Shown: positions 1 through 8,067 of the stretch, piece by piece
Numbering within the stretch: position 1 is the first letter of the stretch
Layout: each line of letters opens with the position of its first letter
Assembly (NCBI GenBank): GCA_964585855.1
Contig: CAZPFK010000003.1
Span: 22,092 to 86,091, forward strand
Direction of reading: 5' to 3'
DNA length: 64,000 nt
DNA from: an uncultured Vicinamibacteraceae bacterium
GTDB taxonomy: Bacteria; Planctomycetota; Phycisphaerae; Phycisphaerales; UBA5793
The notes under the pieces: model-generated
The model's database searches: none
Seen by the model: only the letters and a program-made list of their open reading frames with translations
What the model was told of the DNA's origin: nothing
Program-made: the position numbers and the translations under genes

Positions 1-1
1 G

Positions 2-1216
2 ACCGATGCACTCAGCCACGCGACGCTGCCGGGGATCGCCCTTGCCTTCATTCTCGCAGCTGCGGTGGGAGTTGAGGGAAAGTCGACGTGGGTGCTGGTG
101 CTGGGGGCGCTGGTCACAGGCAGTCTCGGCATTCTCGTGGTGCAGGCGATTACGGCGACGACGCGCCTCAAGGAGGATGCCGCCCTGGGCATCGTGCTGA
201 GCGTCTTCTTCGGCCTCGGCGTCTCGCTGCTGAAGATCGCTGAATACATGCCCGGCGGAAGCGCAGCGGGGTTGAACAGCTTCATTCTCGGCCATGCCGC
301 GTCGATGATTGCGGCCGACCTGCGCGCCATAGTCTGGGTGAGCGTTGCCTCGCTGCTGCTGTGTGTTCTGCTGTTCAAGGAATGGCGGCTGCTGTGCTTC
401 GACAGCGAGTTTGCGCGCGTTCAGGGCTGGCCGGTGACGGCTCTGGATCTGGCGCTGATGGGCGTCATTGTCGCGCTGACGGTCGTCGGGCTGCGGGCCG
501 TCGGCCTGGTGCTGATCGTGGCGCTGCTGATCACGCCGGCCGTGGCCGCGCGATTCTGGACGCGGCGGCTGGCGCCGATGACCGCCGTGGCTGCATTGCT
601 TGGCGCGGTATGCGGCTACAGCGGAGCCGTCGCCAGCGCGCTGGCTCCGAGAATGCCCACCGGCCCGATCATCGTCATCATGTGCGGGGCGGCGCTTGGC
701 GTCAGTCTGATTGCAGGTGCGGAGTCGGGGCTGGCACGTCGGTGGCTTCACATCGTCGCAAACAGACGCCGGGTCGCCCAGCAGCATCTGCTGCGGGCGC
801 TGTACGAGGCCCACGAGATCGCAGGAGAGGCCGCTCCGCAACCGACGCCGCTGACGTCGCTGCTGGAGTTGCGCTCCTGGAGCCGGCGCGGGTTGCGGTC
901 GGCGATCCGCCGGGCGCAGCGCGAGGGCCTGGCGGTGTTGAACAGGGAGGACACGGTCACTCTGACGAAGGCGGGGTGGAGTGCTGCGGCGAGACTGGTG
1001 CGCAATCACCGGCTGTGGGAGCAGTATCTCGTCTCCTTTGCCGACATCGCGCCCTCGCATGTGGATCGCAACGCCGATGAGATCGAGCATGTGCTGGGTG
1101 CGGAGCTCACGGCCCGCCTCGAGGCGCTGCTGGCCGCCGACGGGAAGCGAGCGGCTCCTCCGCCCAGTCCGCACGCGCTGGCGACGGGAACCGGCAGTCA
1201 GGAGCAGGGGCGATGA
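2..1216 (+). CDS. Metal ABC transporter permease (ABC-3, MntB/ZnuB-like) fused to a C-terminal DtxR/MntR-like domain; 5' end off window
   Basis: The frame is open from nt 2 (TDALSHATLPGIALAF...), so the Met at 65 is internal. A multi-helix hydrophobic ABC-3 body is followed by a ~130-aa soluble tail with a DtxR-type signature (LTKAGWSAAARLVRNHRLWEQYL...ADEIEHVLGAEL). The stop overlaps the next start (ATGA, 1213-1216). Confidence 0.8.
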   Translation, partial: TDALSHATLPGIALAFILAAAVGVEGKSTWVLVLGALVTGSLGILVVQAITATTRLKEDAALGIVLSVFFGLGVSLLKIAEYMPGGSAAGLNSFILGHAASMIAADLRAIVWVSVASLLLCVLLFKEWRLLCFDSEFARVQGWPVTALDLALMGVIVALTVVGLRAVGLVLIVALLITPAVAARFWTRRLAPMTAVAALLGAVCGYSGAVASALAPRMPTGPIIVIMCGAALGVSLIAGAESGLARRWLHIVANRRRVAQQHLLRALYEAHEIAGEAAPQPTPLTSLLELRSWSRRGLRSAIRRAQREGLAVLNREDTVTLTKAGWSAAARLVRNHRLWEQYLVSFADIAPSHVDRNADEIEHVLGAELTARLEALLAADGKRAAPPPSPHALATGTGSQEQGR

Positions 1217-2541
1217 CCTGGCAGAGCGGCGATACCTGGATCGTGGTGACGGCGATTGCCGTGGCGCTTTCCTGTGCTGTGCCGGGAGCGCTGCTGGTGC
1301 TGCGGCGGATGAGCATGATGGGAGATGCGATCAGCCACACCGTGCTGCCGGGCATCGCCGTGGCCTTTCTGGTGACGCACAGCCGTGATCCGGGGGCGAT
1401 GTTTCTGGGGGCTGCAGCCGCCGGACTGCTGACGGCACTTCTGGTGCAGACGCTTCGCGAGGCGGGGCGCGTCGAGCCGGGGGCGGCCATCGGCGTGGTC
1501 TTCACCACGCTCTTTGCCGTCGGCATTATCCTGATCCGCCGCAGCGTCGATCTGGACCACGTTGACCTCGACCCCGATTGCGTGCTCTACGGGTCCATCG
1601 AGACCTCCGCGCAGGATCTTGTGTCGCTGGGTGGCCTCGGGGTGGAGCTTCCGCGTGCGGCCCTGATCAACTTCGGCATGTTCGCAATCAACGCCGTGAT
1701 CGTGCTGGCGTTGTTCAAGGAGTTCCGCGCCAGTTCGTTTGACCCGGAGTTTGCAACCTCGCAGGGGATTTCCTCACGGGCGATGCACTACCTGCTGATG
1801 GCGATGACCGCCGCCTCCGCCGTCGCCGCGTTCGAGTCCGTCGGTTCGATTCTTGTCGTCGCGATGATCGTCGTGCCCGCCGCGACGGCCGTCCTGCTGA
1901 CGCATCGTTTTGCAATGGTCTTTGTGCTCAGCGCGATCGCGGGAGTCATCGCTGCTGTTGCGGGCCATGTTGCGGCGATCGTCGTGCCGGGGTGGTTCGG
2001 ATTCGGCGAGACGGTGACCGCCGGCGGGATCGCCTCGGTCTCGGGGCTGCTCTTTGCGGTCGTCTGGATGCTGGCCCCCGGTGACGGGCTGCTGGCTCAG
2101 CACCGGCGTCGATTCCTGCTCGGGGTGCGGATTACGGCCGAAGACGTTCTGGGCCTTCTCTATCGCGTGGAGGAGTCGCCCTCGTCGGTGCCGGCTGGTG
2201 TGCCGGCCAATGATCTGCTTGGAGTCTCGCGGCTGCGGCTGGCGATGGCGCAGCGGTCGCTGCGACGCCGGGGACTCGTGGCAGCCGAAGCGGACGCGCC
2301 GCGCGGGCTGCGCCTGACGCCGATGGGCCGATCGGCGGCGAGCCGCCTGGTTCGCCAGCATCGTCTCTGGGAGACGTACCTGCACAACCGCGCCAATATC
2401 GCGCCTGATCACGTGCATGGAACGGCGATGCGCCTCGAACACGTCACGACGCCCGAGATGCTCGAACGGCTCGATGAGGTCACGGGCCGGCCCGGCGTCG
2501 ATCCGCACGGTCATCCGTTGCCGTCGAGCACGGACCATTAG
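1213..2541 (+). CDS. Second metal ABC transporter permease (ABC-3, MntD-like), also fused to a DtxR/MntR-like C-terminal domain
   Basis: 442-aa ORF. The hydrophobic permease body includes MMGDAISHTVLPGIA. The tail reads LTPMGRSAASRLVRQHRLWETYL...RLEHVTTPEMLERLDEVTGRPGVDPHGHPLP, which matches the DtxR dimerisation/metal-site region including DPHGHPxP. Confidence 0.8.
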   Translation: MTWQSGDTWIVVTAIAVALSCAVPGALLVLRRMSMMGDAISHTVLPGIAVAFLVTHSRDPGAMFLGAAAAGLLTALLVQTLREAGRVEPGAAIGVVFTTLFAVGIILIRRSVDLDHVDLDPDCVLYGSIETSAQDLVSLGGLGVELPRAALINFGMFAINAVIVLALFKEFRASSFDPEFATSQGISSRAMHYLLMAMTAASAVAAFESVGSILVVAMIVVPAATAVLLTHRFAMVFVLSAIAGVIAAVAGHVAAIVVPGWFGFGETVTAGGIASVSGLLFAVVWMLAPGDGLLAQHRRRFLLGVRITAEDVLGLLYRVEESPSSVPAGVPANDLLGVSRLRLAMAQRSLRRRGLVAAEADAPRGLRLTPMGRSAASRLVRQHRLWETYLHNRANIAPDHVHGTAMRLEHVTTPEMLERLDEVTGRPGVDPHGHPLPSSTDH

Positions 2542-3302
2542 TCGAGGTCAAAGGCGCGATTGTCCTGATCGCCGAACCACCCGATGCGGAACTCCGACAT
2601 CTCGGCCTCTGTGACGCCGTAGATGTTGCCGGCGGTGAAGGCGAAGGGCTCGCCCGAAGTATGTCCGTCAGCCCAGGCGATCGTCGCGAGGTCGCGGTGG
2701 CGGAAGTGCATCGTGGGATCCATGGAGGCGTCGGGCTGATCGGCGTGTCGGGGCGGCTCTGCGAAGCTGTATTCGATGAGGCGCAGCCCCGGATAGCGCA
2801 CCGCGAGGGCAGCGTCGGCGAACATGAGCGTCGCGAATGGAGCGGCGATGCGCGAGAGCGCGGCCCCGGCCCGGTCATCCCCGTCGGCGGAGACGCCAAG
2901 GTAGGCGTTGTTGTAGCCGTATCCGCCGCAGCCGCGCTCGAAGTCGGTCGGCTGGGGGTCGACGGCGGGAGACTCCGGGCAGGCGCGGACTCGTCCATCC
3001 TCGTTGAGGTAGGGCGAGAGCGGGCCGCCGTGGGCTTCGAAGGGTTCATAGACCGAGGCGCGGCTGCCGAACCAGCGATGGAGGTTGGCAAGAAAGTCAG
3101 ACGCGCCGGGGGCGAGCCGTCCGCGATGGTCGGCGGCGTAGGTGAGGTTGGCCAGTGAGAGATGCCGGATGTTCGAGGCGCACGTCGCCGCCCGCGCCCC
3201 GGCTCGAGCCGAGGAGAGCGCCGGCAGGAGCAGCCCGAGCAGCAGGGCGGTGATCGAGAGGACCACGAGGAGCTCGACGATGGTGAAGGCGCGCGGTTTC
3301 AT
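2538..3302 (-). CDS. Type IV pilin-like (prepilin N-terminal methylation motif) DUF1559 / H-X9-DG protein
   Basis: Starting at the Met at 3302 gives MKPRAFTIVELLVVLSITALLLGLLLPAL, a class III signal/methylation motif. The C-terminus has HRDLATIAWADGH (H-X9-DG). ATGA overlap with the upstream gene at 3299-3302. The ORF-track start at 3326 is an alternative. Confidence 0.8.
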   Translation of the reverse strand: MKPRAFTIVELLVVLSITALLLGLLLPALSSARAGARAATCASNIRHLSLANLTYAADHRGRLAPGASDFLANLHRWFGSRASVYEPFEAHGGPLSPYLNEDGRVRACPESPAVDPQPTDFERGCGGYGYNNAYLGVSADGDDRAGAALSRIAAPFATLMFADAALAVRYPGLRLIEYSFAEPPRHADQPDASMDPTMHFRHRDLATIAWADGHTSGEPFAFTAGNIYGVTEAEMSEFRIGWFGDQDNRAFDLD

Positions 3303-4267
3303 CGTTGGACTCCGCAGATTATCCACGGGCCGGGAGCGCCCGGAAGCGTCAGCGGGGCGAAGATGGGCGTAAGCGCCGGGCCGACAATCGCCACGCCGCC
3401 GATTTCCGCAGAGACTTCGCCGAGTTCGCCTGAGTCGGCATCGACGGCCGTTGTGATGCGAATGAAGTCGAAGCCGCGCAGACCGGCGGGCGCGCCGGTT
3501 GCGGGGTCGATGGCCCAGGCGATGTCGAAGCCGTCGCCGCCGCCGCTGCCGGGAGTGATGCCGACTTCAAAGGGATCATCGGGCAGGGTGTAGAAGCGAT
3601 CCGGCGTGATGGCGGCGTCATCGATGAGGTTGTCGCCGTCAAGATCGCCGAGGCGCAGAACGGGCGTTGCGTCGGCGTAACCGAAGACCTCCTCCTCGTT
3701 CGGGTCGGAGTTGAACAGGGGCGGTGAAGCGAAGGGGATCTCGGGCAGGATGAAGTGGCCGTCGCGCTGCTGGCTGCCGGCGTCGTGAATGTGCGAACCG
3801 GGAATGAGGTACCAGGGATCGTCGGCAAGCCCGTTGTCGTTGACATCCAGGGCGATCTCGATGACGGCCGCCTCGGCAAATCGGCGCTGGGGGTCGCCGC
3901 CCGGCCAGAAGGCGTTGCCGAAGACGATGCAGTCGATGCCGAAGGGGTTGCGCGGATCATCCATGGCGCGGCGGGCGAAGCCGAGGGTGATCGAGCCGCC
4001 GAAACCGCCGAGGGTGACAACCTTGGAGTTGTCGGCAAAGAGCGTGCCACCGCCGATCGGCGCGCCAAGCGCGCGAGCCGGATCGTTGAATTGCGGATCG
4101 TTGACAAACTGTCCGTCGGCCGGGGCGTACTCCAGCACGCGGACGGCAAAGGGTGAGGCGAGAGGCGGCGGATCGTCGGCCGAGCCGCTGCGGAGCGACT
4201 GCCCCGACGCTGAAGCGGTTGCGCTGAGAATGGCGACGATGAAAGTTGGGCCGATGGAGACTCTCAT
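3299..4267 (-). CDS. Secreted protein of unknown function with Asp-rich (Ca-binding-like) loops
   Basis: The N-terminus MRVSIGPTFIVAILSATASASGQS looks like a signal peptide. It contains DVNDNGLADD and GDLDGDNLIDD loops. It is translationally coupled on both sides (4-nt overlaps). I recognise no family. Confidence 0.6.
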   Translation of the reverse strand: MRVSIGPTFIVAILSATASASGQSLRSGSADDPPPLASPFAVRVLEYAPADGQFVNDPQFNDPARALGAPIGGGTLFADNSKVVTLGGFGGSITLGFARRAMDDPRNPFGIDCIVFGNAFWPGGDPQRRFAEAAVIEIALDVNDNGLADDPWYLIPGSHIHDAGSQQRDGHFILPEIPFASPPLFNSDPNEEEVFGYADATPVLRLGDLDGDNLIDDAAITPDRFYTLPDDPFEVGITPGSGGGDGFDIAWAIDPATGAPAGLRGFDFIRITTAVDADSGELGEVSAEIGGVAIVGPALTPIFAPLTLPGAPGPWIICGVQR

Positions 4268-5286
4268 GGCTGCGCTCCGATTGAGGGCAGGCGGCCGGAT
4301 CGGCCCGTCTCCTCGAAGAGCAGCACGGCTGATGCCGCATCTCCCTGCACAAGAAAGGCGCCGTCGAGAGGGCTGAAGCGGGCCGTGTAGAGACTGGTGT
4401 CGCCGCCCTGCGGGTTTCGGCGGAAGATGTCGCGCGGATCAACCGGGCCATGACCGGCCATGGTGTCTGCAATCCCGTCACGGTGGAGGATGGCGAAGTA
4501 GCCGTAGTCGCCGGATCCTCCGAAGAGGTCGCCGCCGCCGACGAAGAGGTTTCCGAGATCGTCGAAGTCGAGGGGCGATGCAGTCAGCAGGTCGGCGACG
4601 AGGAGGCCTTCGGAGGCGAAGTCGATTGCGGGCTGAACGCCGTCGAGGACGTCGAGGATGCGGTCGGCGGCGAAGACGCGGATTTCACCGGTTTCCGAAC
4701 CGCCGGTGGCGAGGTCGAAGCCGTTGGCGGTAAAGAGGTTGCCGTTGTCGTCGAAGGCGATGCCTCCAGAGGCGCCGTCGATGGAGAGGATCACCGTGGC
4801 TTCGCCGGTGATGGTGTCGAGCCAGGCGACCTCGCCGAAGAACGTTGAGAGGTTGGCGTAGGTGACGGCCAGATGGGAGTCGGAGACCCAGGCGGCGTCG
4901 AAGTTCTCCTGCAGGAATCGAGTGACGGGCACTTCGCTGCCGAGGAGATCGACGACATCGAAGGTGGAGACCCAGGCACCGCCGAAGTTGTTGTCGCCGA
5001 CGGCAACAGTTGAGCCGGAGGGATTAATGCGCACAAACGATGCGCCCCAGGGGGCGACGGTTCCTTCCGGCAGCGTGCCGGCCAGGTCGAAGACGCCGCT
5101 GCCGGGTGACGTTTCGAGAAGCACCTCGGTGACGTTGACGGCCAGCATCCGGCCGTCGGGCAGGATGTCCCAGGGGGCATCGGGGCCCGGCCGGGCGTCG
5201 ATGCGGAGGAAGGGCGGGGCCGCGAGAGCGGATGCGGCGGGAAATGCACAACAGATCAGGGCGGGAACGCAACGAACCTTGGGCAT
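4264..5286 (-). CDS. Secreted beta-propeller-like protein; first gene downstream of the cobalamin riboswitch
   Basis: The internal Met at 5286 (residue 59 of the 398-aa ORF) gives MPKVRCVPALICCAFPAASALAAPP, a signal peptide, and GGAAAGGA lies 8 nt upstream. Repeated strand-rich segments such as GIAFDDNGNLFTANGF are typical of propeller blades. The upstream part of the ORF overlaps the riboswitch platform and is not credible as coding. Confidence 0.65.
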   Translation of the reverse strand: MPKVRCVPALICCAFPAASALAAPPFLRIDARPGPDAPWDILPDGRMLAVNVTEVLLETSPGSGVFDLAGTLPEGTVAPWGASFVRINPSGSTVAVGDNNFGGAWVSTFDVVDLLGSEVPVTRFLQENFDAAWVSDSHLAVTYANLSTFFGEVAWLDTITGEATVILSIDGASGGIAFDDNGNLFTANGFDLATGGSETGEIRVFAADRILDVLDGVQPAIDFASEGLLVADLLTASPLDFDDLGNLFVGGGDLFGGSGDYGYFAILHRDGIADTMAGHGPVDPRDIFRRNPQGGDTSLYTARFSPLDGAFLVQGDAASAVLLFEETGRSGRLPSIGAQP

Positions 5287-5497
5287 GGGAGCAATCCTTT
5301 CCACGGGCCGGCTCCGAAATCGCGGGAGCCGGCGGCGTTTCGGCGTCATTGGCGAAAGCCGATGACACGGGAATCGGAAACCGACCGCCGATTGCGGAAA
5401 GGATTGGATTCGGGAGTTCGAGTTCAGCAGGGCGCTGCGCGCGTGCCGGCGACGAAGCAATCCCGTTTCCGTCCCGATCCGCGAGGACGGTCACGAC

Positions 5498-5690
5498 AAG
5501 TTCGTTGACGGCAGGTCTTCCGGCTTGGGGCCTCTGACTCCGGCCTTCCCATTCGAGGTGCTTCGAACAGTGGCTACCCGGCAGTCAGTGCAACGACTGT
5601 GGTGCGTTGCGGCCCGTTACGGCGGCGCGTCCGCGGTGGCTTCTCACCACGCTTCCCTTTTCAGTCTGCGACCGAAGCCGAGACACTCTC
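5498..5690 (-). promoter_or_regulatory. Cobalamin (B12) riboswitch
   Basis: The minus strand reads, in order: AAAAGGGAAGCGTGGTGAGAAGCCAC (GGGAA plus a GTGG/CCAC hairpin with an AA loop), CGCCGCCGTAA, a GCAACG/CGTTGC hairpin, GCCACTG-[TTCGA..TCGAA hairpin]-GGGAAGGC, then the B12 box AAGCCGGAAGACCTGCCGTCA (plus-strand coordinates 5506-5526). Order and spacing match the known cobalamin riboswitch core. The ends are approximate. Confidence 0.85.
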
Positions 5691-5721
5691 GGATTCGGGA
5701 ACAGACACCGGCAACGCCGCC

Positions 5722-5751
5722 ACTGTAGCGGCGCATCGGTGCGGGTGTCAA
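5722..5751 (-). promoter_or_regulatory. Sigma70-type promoter for the riboswitch-led operon
   Basis: The minus strand has TTGACA (5751-5746), an 18-nt spacer and TACAGT (5727-5722), just upstream of the riboswitch 5' end. Confidence 0.5.
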
Positions 5752-5787
5752 CGCCTGACGGGAAGGATTGGCGGAAAGAAAGGAGAT

Positions 5788-5813
5788 CGACCCGGCAGGG
5801 GGCTGCCGGGTCG
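5788..5813 (-). terminator. Stem-loop downstream of tsf (putative intrinsic terminator)
   Basis: Perfect 11-bp stem CGACCCGGCAG/CTGCCGGGTCG with a GGGG loop, 30 nt after the tsf stop. On the minus strand it is followed by ATCTCCTTTCTTTCC, which is pyrimidine/T-rich but not a clean U-tract. Confidence 0.5.
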
Positions 5814-5842
5814 AGGGGATGGATCGGTATGGAGGTTGTGAA

Positions 5843-6649
5843 TCAGACGCCGACGAGCCAGCGATCGAAGGCGAGCACCTTCACGCCCGAGGGCAGGATG
5901 CTGCCGACGGTCTTCTTGCCTTCCGGATCCTTCACGTAGATCTGGTTGACCAGGGTATTTTCCGCGATGAACTTGCGCACCTTGCCCTCCACCATCTTTT
6001 CGATGATGTTGGCGGGCTTGCCGGACTCGGCGGCCTCGGCCTCGGCGTCCGACCGGGCGCGGGTGAGCAGATCGGGGGCGATCCCGGACTCATCGGGTGC
6101 AAGCGGCGTCGGGACGTGGGCCAGCACATGCTGGGCAACGCCCAGGGCCGCATCCTTCTCAACCGGACCGCTGAAGGCGACGACGGCGGCCTTCTGCTCA
6201 TCGTGGTGCAGGTAGGCGGCGACATACGGGGCGGCGACCTTGAGGCCGCGCCGGTAGGAGATGTTCTCGCCGGTCGTGATGCGCAGTTCGTCGATCAGCG
6301 CGGTGATTTCGGCCGTTGCGGCGACCTGCCCGGCCGGGGCGGCGAAGGCGATCTCGGCGATTTTTGCGGCGGCGGCGCGGGTGGCGTCGTTGCGGGCTGT
6401 GAAGTCGGTTTCGGTGTTGATTTCGATGATGGCGACGGCGGAGGCATCGGGAGCGACCTTGACTGACAGCAGCCCCTGGGCGGCGGCGCGATCAGTCCGG
6501 GCGTCCATTTTTCCCTTGAGGCGGGTGCGGAGCAGTTCGATCGCGGCGTCCATGTCGCCGTTGGTCTCGGTGAGGGCCTGCTTGCAGTCCATCATTCCCA
6601 GACCCGTCTTCTGACGCAGGGTCATCACGTCCTTGGCGCTGATTGACAT
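5843..6649 (-). CDS. tsf: Translation elongation factor Ts
   Basis: The N-terminus MSISAKDVMTLRQKTGLGMMDCKQALTETNGDMDAAIELLR is the conserved EF-Ts UBA-like motif (TGAGMMDCKKAL). It lies downstream of rpsB, as is usual. Confidence 0.95.
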   Translation of the reverse strand: MSISAKDVMTLRQKTGLGMMDCKQALTETNGDMDAAIELLRTRLKGKMDARTDRAAAQGLLSVKVAPDASAVAIIEINTETDFTARNDATRAAAAKIAEIAFAAPAGQVAATAEITALIDELRITTGENISYRRGLKVAAPYVAAYLHHDEQKAAVVAFSGPVEKDAALGVAQHVLAHVPTPLAPDESGIAPDLLTRARSDAEAEAAESGKPANIIEKMVEGKVRKFIAENTLVNQIYVKDPEGKKTVGSILPSGVKVLAFDRWLVGV

Positions 6650-6817
6650 GATCAGTGAGTCTCCCGTGATTGGTGCACAAGTGCGAGTGTTGTCGAGAGC
6701 GACCGGACCGCAGGCGTCTGTGGTACGGCGATCCGGGTCGGGCGGTCGGCCCGCAAGCCCGGGTGATTATTGGTGATACTCCCCGCTGGAAGCGGTTGTG
6801 AACTCTGAAGATCGCGC

Positions 6818-7735
6818 TCAGGAATCCTTGCCCTGAGCGGCGACGGGCTGCTGTCCGTCCTTGGCAGGGCTTCCGCTGCGCGGCGTTTCATCGCCTTCCG
6901 AGGGGCTCTCGGCGGAACGTGATCCGCCTTCCTCCTCGGAGCGGAACATCGCCCGGCGGCTGCGGCGGCGCGGCGCGGGGGCGTCGCCGGGACGCGATTC
7001 TGCCGAGTCATCGCGAGTGGACTCTTCCTTGACGGTCACGCGCTGGTTCTTGCCCTCGACGATGGCCTCGCAGAGTTCGCGGATCACGACGTCGATGGAG
7101 CGCATCGAGTCGTCGTTACCGGGGATGGCGATGTCGGCCAGATCGGGGTCGCCGTCGGTGTCAATGAGGCACACCGTGGGGATGCCCAGTTTGCGGGCCT
7201 CACGGATGGCGTTGATCTCCCGCGCTACGTCGACGATGACCAGGGCGCCTGGGAGCTTCTCCATGTTGCGGATGCCCTCGAGGTTCCGCGTGATCTTCTT
7301 GCGCTCGCGACGGAGCTGGGACTCCATCTTCTTGGAGTAGGAGGCCATGTCGCCGGACTCGTTGAGGGTTTCGAGTTCTTCGAGTCGCTTGAGTCGTGAG
7401 CGGATGGTGCGAAAGTTGGTCAGCGTGCCGCCCAGCCAGCGTTCGGTGACCCAGTGCATCTTGACCGCGCCGACTCGCTGCTGGATGACCTCACGGGCCT
7501 GGCGCTTGGTTCCGACAAAGCAGACATCCTTGCCGTCGGCAACGACGCGGGAGAGGAACCGCTTGGCCAGCAGCAGGCCCTTGACGGTTTCCTTGATATC
7601 GATCACATGGATCTGATTCCGTTTGCCGTAGATGTAGGGGCCCATCTTCGGGTTCCAGCCGCTGCTGCGCTGGCCGAAGTGAATGCCGGCTTCGATGAGG
7701 TCTGTGACGAGTGATTTCTGTGTGGTCTCTGCCAT
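6818..7735 (-). CDS. rpsB: 30S ribosomal protein S2 with a ~65-aa acidic/Ser-Arg-rich C-terminal extension
   Basis: LIEAGIHFGQRSSGWNPKMGPYIYGKRNQIHVIDIKET and the rest of the sequence are collinear with S2. At 305 aa it is longer than the typical ~240 aa. Confidence 0.95.
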   Translation of the reverse strand: MAETTQKSLVTDLIEAGIHFGQRSSGWNPKMGPYIYGKRNQIHVIDIKETVKGLLLAKRFLSRVVADGKDVCFVGTKRQAREVIQQRVGAVKMHWVTERWLGGTLTNFRTIRSRLKRLEELETLNESGDMASYSKKMESQLRRERKKITRNLEGIRNMEKLPGALVIVDVAREINAIREARKLGIPTVCLIDTDGDPDLADIAIPGNDDSMRSIDVVIRELCEAIVEGKNQRVTVKEESTRDDSAESRPGDAPAPRRRSRRAMFRSEEEGGSRSAESPSEGDETPRSGSPAKDGQQPVAAQGKDS

Positions 7736-7981
7736 GAGAAGTGCCTTTCCAGCACCAGCGACACCGACGGAACAAGGAATCGGCCGACTTCAAGTCTTCG
7801 AAACGGGGGGAAACCCGTTCCGACGCTCGAGGAAGACTCGAACCGTCATAAGGGCGCTTGAACCTGTTGTTCATGTGGCGGCGAAGCACACCAACTGGTT
7901 CGCCGTCACCTGGATTTCAAACGGTCTTCGGGCACCACCCCCGAAGCACCGCCCGGCCGCCGAATCTCGGCCGGTTTGCAA

Positions 7982-8010
7982 ACTATAACCCCATCGGATG
8001 CCGACAGCAA
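7982..8010 (-). promoter_or_regulatory. Putative sigma70-type promoter for rpsB-tsf
   Basis: The minus strand has TTGCTG (8010-8005), a 17-nt spacer and TATAGT (7987-7982). This AT-rich hexamer stands out in GC-rich sequence. It would give a ~240-nt leader. Confidence 0.35.
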
Positions 8011-8067
8011 ATCCGAGGGCCCTTTATCGACTCTCAGCCGATATTTGATCCAACCCTGCCGAAAGCC

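Noticed and set aside
5525-5939. Small plus-strand ORFs (67-110 aa) in the 5287-5842 intergenic region
   Set aside because: They overlap the cobalamin riboswitch, its promoter and the tsf terminator hairpin. They have no RBS or recognisable protein features.
7836-7870. tRNA-like T-loop motif (GGTTCGAGTC and GGTTCAAGCG on the minus strand) in the rpsB leader
   Set aside because: The flanking bases do not form a T-stem, and no acceptor or anticodon arms can be drawn. No tRNA is credible here or in any other intergenic region I inspected.
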